Below, one piece after another: positions 24,101-27,519 of a stretch of DNA of 27,519 nt. Positions within the stretch are counted from its first letter, which is position 1. Each line of letters starts with the position of its first letter. Source of the DNA: Thermoanaerobaculia bacterium (lineage in GTDB: Bacteria; Acidobacteriota; Thermoanaerobaculia; UBA5066; Gp7-AA6); contig DASXTN010000312.1 in assembly GCA_036505435.1 (NCBI GenBank), positions 1 through 27,519 of the forward strand, given 5' to 3'. The notes under the pieces are model-generated. The model saw only the letters and a list, made by a program, of their open reading frames with translations. It had not been told where the DNA came from and ran no database searches. The position numbers and the translations under genes are program-made.

Positions 24101-25840
24101 GCCGCCCGATAGCACCCGAAGGACGCCGCCCGAGAAGCCGGCAACCTGCGCCGCCGGCGGCTGAACCGTGAGCGCCGACGAGATGAACGCCGATGGGCTC
24201 CACCCGTTGGCGTTGTGGGAACGGACGCCAATGCGGAAGTCGGCGTTGCCCGCCGGGCTTCCGACACTACCCCAGCAGTTCGCGCCGGTGCGCGGATCGC
24301 CCGCCACCGCCCCGCTCGGATCGCACGGGATCACCACCGGGTTCAGATCGCTCAGGTTCGCGTTTGGAAGTGCACCGCTGAATGCGGGATCTACCTGGAA
24401 CGTGGTCAAGACGTTCAGATCCCATTCGATCTGATCGAGGGGAGCCCCGGACGACGAGGAGTTCTGGATCCGCCAGCGATCTCCGTAGTAGTTCTTGGTC
24501 GCTTCGGCCCCGGCGCGGTTCGCCGCCGAGAGGTTCGTGGCCGTGGCGGCCGCGATCGGAGGCGCGGTCAGGTCGGCGGAAATGCAGGAGATGTCGAGCT
24601 TGTCGGTGTAGACGGAGACCTCGGTCGCGCCTGACATCCGGCCGGCCGCGCGGTAGACGTACGCCGTGACTCCCGAACCGCCCGAATCGACGAGGGTCTC
24701 GAAGGAAACCGACTGGAAGCTCTGCGGCGCGCCGTTGTGACGAAGCGAGGCTGCCTTGAGCGGCGAGCCCCCCTGCGTCAACCATTTGGTGTCATAAATC
24801 TCGATGTAGGACTCGTTGTAAGACAGCTCGCGATGTAAGAAGAGCGCCGGAAAGGGTGAGTTGGCGCCGCCTTTGACGACCAGCCACTTGAAGTTGCCGG
24901 GCATGCTGCCGGCGAACGAGATCGATCCACCGAAACCGGAGGGGGTGAACTCGTAGACGCGCAGGCCCTGGCCGAGCTCGAGGACGAACAGGAAGATCCG
25001 GTTGTTGACCACGGCCATGTACGGAGCGTCCGGCTCCCCCACGGTGGCGATGCTCGCGATTTCCCGGAGTGTCCCGTTCGAGGGATCGATCTCCGCGAGC
25101 CGGAGCCGCCGGTCGGCGCCCATCGCGGCGAGCATCAAGAACTTGTCGTAGGAAAGAGTGGGGATCTGGATGTGCGCGCTCTTCAGCCGCACATAGCCGA
25201 TCCAGCTCGTGAAGCTCGAGTACGGCCGCAGCGCTTGCGCTGGGTCCGGGTCGCCCGTCGTATTCGTCGCATCGACGATCTGAACGCCCGAATCGGTCGG
25301 AAAGTAGCCGACGTAACGGCCGGAGGGCAGATACACCGCCGCAACCTGGGCGCCGAGCGGGACCGTGTCGATCTGGATCTGCTGCGCGAATTCGGGGACC
25401 CCAGCCCCCCCCGCGCGGGCAACCTGAGCGGGGAGTCCACCGCCCTGGCGCGACGCGTACCAGTCGGACATCATCCGGGAGCTCCCGTCGGGCGCTTCCG
25501 CGACATCCATCGTGGTCCCGCCCTGCCAGCAGTCGCAAACCATCGGGACCTTGCCGCCGTTGTTGAACTTGAGTCCAATCTGGCCGAGCGCCCACGACGA
25601 AGGGTTTCCGGGAACCGCGAGGCTCGATCTCGCGAATCCGAATTGCGTCATGACGTAGAGGTATCGGGATCCGCCGGCAGTCGTGATCCCCGTGAGGTTT
25701 CCGGAGTCCGCAGGCATCGTGTACCGGGAGTTGCCCTGGGAGATGGCGCAGTTCGATTGAGCGTTTGCGCCCGACGTGAGAGCCAGGGCGACCAGGCAGA
25801 CCGCGACACACTTCGACGGAGAGAGCCTCAATGGGTTCAT
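21143..25840 (-). CDS. Large secreted surface protein (signal peptide, beta-rich N-terminus, PKD/Ig-like domains, polyproline linker, tandem C-terminal beta modules)
   Basis: Signal peptide ...VCLVALALTSGANA|Q. PKD-like SYEWNWGD, YTYGWNWD...ATHTYTTAGTFIVGVRAID, ATFTFTSPGAKTVVLTVT. Two C-terminal repeats beginning LMIPGAGHI/YFIPGVGRI followed by WATDLSVTN/WKTDLTLYS. SD GGAGG upstream. Confidence 0.85.
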   Translation of the reverse strand: MNPLRLSPSKCVAVCLVALALTSGANAQSNCAISQGNSRYTMPADSGNLTGITTAGGSRYLYVMTQFGFARSSLAVPGNPSSWALGQIGLKFNNGGKVPMVCDCWQGGTTMDVAEAPDGSSRMMSDWYASRQGGGLPAQVARAGGAGVPEFAQQIQIDTVPLGAQVAAVYLPSGRYVGYFPTDSGVQIVDATNTTGDPDPAQALRPYSSFTSWIGYVRLKSAHIQIPTLSYDKFLMLAAMGADRRLRLAEIDPSNGTLREIASIATVGEPDAPYMAVVNNRIFLFVLELGQGLRVYEFTPSGFGGSISFAGSMPGNFKWLVVKGGANSPFPALFLHRELSYNESYIEIYDTKWLTQGGSPLKAASLRHNGAPQSFQSVSFETLVDSGGSGVTAYVYRAAGRMSGATEVSVYTDKLDISCISADLTAPPIAAATATNLSAANRAGAEATKNYYGDRWRIQNSSSSGAPLDQIEWDLNVLTTFQVDPAFSGALPNANLSDLNPVVIPCDPSGAVAGDPRTGANCWGSVGSPAGNADFRIGVRSHNANGWSPSAFISSALTVQPPAAQVAGFSGGVLRVLSGGQADASGSQGNVADASFNWQFFDSANNNVGTPQGTQPTVPTAARSFRLTVQYLGGYAAPVISGTIQQVNLVPNFQLPSSVVKATNFTITNSMQIAPAATLTSVDYAIDNSSTDPSAYAGSLGSGFLSVGGSAGLTAPATPGAYYVHLRYNYSVSGTSQTPLTVTKPFTVSDQLLLTLSGPTSASAGSQVTFTVSGGNAGTSYEWNWGDCPFCSPLYAAGPATNTHAYSSSQSFQISVRGRNDPSAPWGYASANITITGSSPPPPPPPPPPPPPGGGGGSPTVSVSCPAQGSTGAAVTCTATASGGTAPYTYGWNWDFNALQIGSSYTPDNATATHTYTTAGTFIVGVRAIDTAGTPATASASITIVQSGPPRPSGGYTVSGATRNQFNGQYEVEAGRPVTFTATETDPAATFSWAVSPGGASPAGPVTTNPATFTFTSPGAKTVVLTVTGGGTATSGVTSANIQVLVQQPRFQALMIPGAGHIDPVAPSTDGTWATDLSVTNPGTQPMTVTLYYEPFGTTFPSDLSQIVFNSVNSVALAAGQSWSADDVIKARLGKDGRGVLILKYDGGDADPIATATVYFTQRGRSYGSSLPTFKVGPYGTTTQAAEVVTEQTLVGLRNDASYRFNVSLFNASGEAGFFRLTAYGEDGAQIPLLDATGSPTLTREFPIGAFQQALLQAAELGLDDSNKRYVLKASPVSGTGSLIAAASALDRRNNDLVQVSDDTPRITAAADSVIEYFIPGVGRIGRDDVTDGPHWKTDLTLYSNSTLPRDLTFEYRYTDSNGVEQRVLAPVTIGSGRSMVLDDVVGSVLDGYTPANLKQESTQGVLRISYRAASDSTAPLLIGGRIYDDRGSAGTAGMQLFAYSGAESVAPGSPLVLPGAQQNLRFRTNIGFFAMGDLPTPVRVTAVKQDGSTAGAFDFVLNDPGRSGHYAQLPMAAVPGIVGEPMTIRVEVLSGSRIGAYVVTVDQISSDTVFVKGRPTHLIY
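23270..23323 (-). repeat. Pro13-Gly5 homopolymer linker
   Basis: 13 consecutive Pro codons (mixed CCG/CCC/CCT) followed by 5 Gly codons. Confidence 0.95.
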
Positions 25841-25849
25841 ACGCGCAAG

Positions 25850-25950
25850 ATCCTCCGGGAAAGGATGGACGACGGCATTTCCTAAGAAATGTTTCAGTTC
25901 AAAGCGTGGGCGGTTGCAACGACTATACGACTTCCCGCGAGACGGTTCGA
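25850..25950 (-). promoter_or_regulatory. Putative promoter and structured 5' UTR of the large surface protein
   Basis: -10-like TATAGT (25927-25922), TCGAAC 17 nt upstream, hairpin CATTTC-N4-GAAATG (25876-25891), and a hairpin covering the SD (25850-25866). Confidence 0.4.
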
Positions 25951-26107
25951 TTGAGTGTTTGCGATCCTACCTTCGGAAAATGTTCGGTCAGGTCTCCAGA
26001 TGACGAGCACTTTGGTAATTTGTTCAAGATCAGATTTCAAATGCCCTTCTTCGGCCAAAGAGCATGCGAAATCCGGCCTCGTTCCCCGACCGACCTCCTG
26101 ACTGAAG

Positions 26108-26148
26108 CGAAAGAAAAGAAGTGGGCGGGACTGGGTCCCGCCCACTTT
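26108..26148 (-). terminator. Intrinsic terminator
   Basis: 13-bp stem AAGTGGGCGGGAC/GTCCCGCCCACTT (26119-26131/26135-26147), followed on the minus strand by CTTTTCTTTC, just after the stop at 26157. Confidence 0.85.
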
Positions 26149-26156
26149 CACTGAAT

Positions 26157-27519
26157 CTAGGGCGAACCGGAACCGGTCCCGACGACCGTCGGAATCGCCG
26201 GAGCCACCGTCACCACGCCCGTTACGCCGAGCGGGACACAGGTGGTCGGATCGAGCTGTGTCGCCGGAGCGGAGGCCGACAGGAAGGCACCCGGGCCCTG
26301 GAAGTCGTACTCGACCCAGGCCTGATCGAGTCTGCCGCCGTTCGGCGAACCGGAGTTGAAGAACGACATGTTGACCCAGCCCGCGACGGCGCCCGAAGGC
26401 CGCGAGAACTGCGTGACCGGGCTCCGCTGCGTCTCCAGCGGGAAGTTGAACGAAGGCTGCGTGCACGGCGACGGGCAGACGCCCGATGTGACCGTGTTCT
26501 CGTCTTCGTCGTAGAACGTCAGGCTGACCGTCGCCTCCGTGTGGGTGCAAAGGGGCAGACCGGTCGAGCTCGAGATCGGGCCGGTCAGGTTCGTCCTGGC
26601 GCCCGACGAGCCGCGCCAGACGTTGAAGAAGGAGTTGATGCCCGCGCCCTCGAACCACCGAGCCGCATACTTCAAGCCCAGAGGCTCGCGCCGGTCACCG
26701 ACGCCGAAGTTCCACGGCGAGCTGAGAGCCAGGTCGGTGTCGGAGTTGCCGCTTCCGCAGTTGTTGCACGCGATTTCCGCGGCTGCTCCCGTCAACGTCC
26801 AGTAGCGCCGATAGAAGGTGCGGATCGGCGTCGTATCGCTGGTGTTCGCTCCATCGAGCGAAGCATCGGCCTCGATGTTGACTGTCGAGCCGCCCATGGT
26901 GGGAATCCCCGAGCCGGAGGTGAAGATCACCTCACCGAACAGGTTGTTCTCGTTTCCGATCGCGTCGTTCCGGTAGTAGAGCGGATCGCTCGGATTCGAG
27001 AGGTTGCAGTAGTTGGCGTGGTCGATCGTGATGTAGCCCCGAATCGGGCCGGAGATCACGCCGTCCGTCGATCCGTTCCCGCAGCCCAGGGAGTCGGCCG
27101 TCGAGTCCAGAGAATCGAGCACCTGGAACTCGAAGGAGCTGCCCTGGCCGAAGGCCGGGATCGGGTAGAGCGTGGTCGCGAGCGTGTTGTCTTCGGGCAG
27201 GGTCGGGTTGGCCGGACGCACGCGGATAAATCCGTCCGGATCTGGATACACCGGCGCAATCGAGTTGCGCTGACAGACGTCGTCGAGGACGGTGTCGGTA
27301 TTCAAGAATGCACCCGTCTGCGGGAGGTTGCCGCGCAGGATCTCGGAAATTCGCATCGCCTGACAGTCGAACCCCGTCAACGCGATGTTGAAGTCGAGGA
27401 CGAGGACCGTACGCTCATTGAAGACGTTGACGTGAGCGATCATCGGCGCCGCTGAGGCGTTGCAGATCGTCACGAGAGTGTCTCGAGCGGTCGGCCCTGT
27501 CCCGAGAGGCGACCCGTCC
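26157..27519 (-). CDS. 5'-truncated Cys-rich, Ser/Thr/Gly/Asn-rich probable surface (S-layer-like) protein
   Basis: The frame is open to the window edge (...DGSPLGTGPTARDTLVTICNAS...), so the ORF-track start at 27473 is internal. Beta-rich composition and 11 visible Cys. Motifs TLVTICNAS..PMIAHVNVF, LDFNIALTGFD, GWVNMSF, QAWV recall an uncharacterised secreted family I associate with Thermoanaerobaculia (from memory). Signal peptide not visible. Confidence 0.75.
   Translation of the reverse strand, partial: DGSPLGTGPTARDTLVTICNASAAPMIAHVNVFNERTVLVLDFNIALTGFDCQAMRISEILRGNLPQTGAFLNTDTVLDDVCQRNSIAPVYPDPDGFIRVRPANPTLPEDNTLATTLYPIPAFGQGSSFEFQVLDSLDSTADSLGCGNGSTDGVISGPIRGYITIDHANYCNLSNPSDPLYYRNDAIGNENNLFGEVIFTSGSGIPTMGGSTVNIEADASLDGANTSDTTPIRTFYRRYWTLTGAAAEIACNNCGSGNSDTDLALSSPWNFGVGDRREPLGLKYAARWFEGAGINSFFNVWRGSSGARTNLTGPISSSTGLPLCTHTEATVSLTFYDEDENTVTSGVCPSPCTQPSFNFPLETQRSPVTQFSRPSGAVAGWVNMSFFNSGSPNGGRLDQAWVEYDFQGPGAFLSASAPATQLDPTTCVPLGVTGVVTVAPAIPTVVGTGSGSP

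Noticed and set aside
21143-27519. PEP-CTERM, LPXTG, SLH, lipobox or autotransporter signals, and D/E-x-N-x-S/T sequons, in the two surface proteins
   Set aside because: No C-terminal TM plus basic tail or other sorting motif was seen. The N-x-S/T sites I checked lack the -2 acidic residue.
1-27519. CRISPR array, transposase/integrase, prophage or defence genes
   Set aside because: No regularly spaced repeats and no such protein motifs were found in any frame.

Overview
High-GC bacterial window. The secreted-protein modules and the GVATGV-type sigma54 activator suggest Acidobacteriota/Thermoanaerobaculia (inference, not verified). Four blocks, left to right. (1) A minus-strand signalling block: PDZ-multiTM-GAF-PP2C phosphatase, a membrane-anchored TPR protein, and a translationally coupled GAF-AAA+-Fis sigma54 activator with GVATGV in place of GAFTGA. 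A -24/-12 promoter lies at the left edge. (2) Housekeeping tmk-holB on the plus strand. (3) A 315-bp convergent intergenic region holding a ~155-nt rod-like hairpin behind its own TATACT -10 box (candidate unannotated sRNA), followed by a secreted two-PEGA protein with its own sigma54-type promoter. (4) A ~12-kb minus-strand glycan locus (radical SAM/twitch, Wzt, methyltransferase, two GT4, three stand-alone GT2, GNAT, and a PIG-L deacetylase-GT2-coiled-coil fusion) downstream of a 1565-aa secreted PKD/polyproline protein and a 5'-truncated Cys-rich probable surface protein. The best candidate for an undescribed system is an S-layer/surface-protein glycosylation pathway with an unusual capping/ruler enzyme and a radical SAM enzyme. 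The candidate sRNA is next. No mobile elements, CRISPR arrays, tRNA or rRNA were recognised. All domain calls come from motif recognition by eye; no searches were run.
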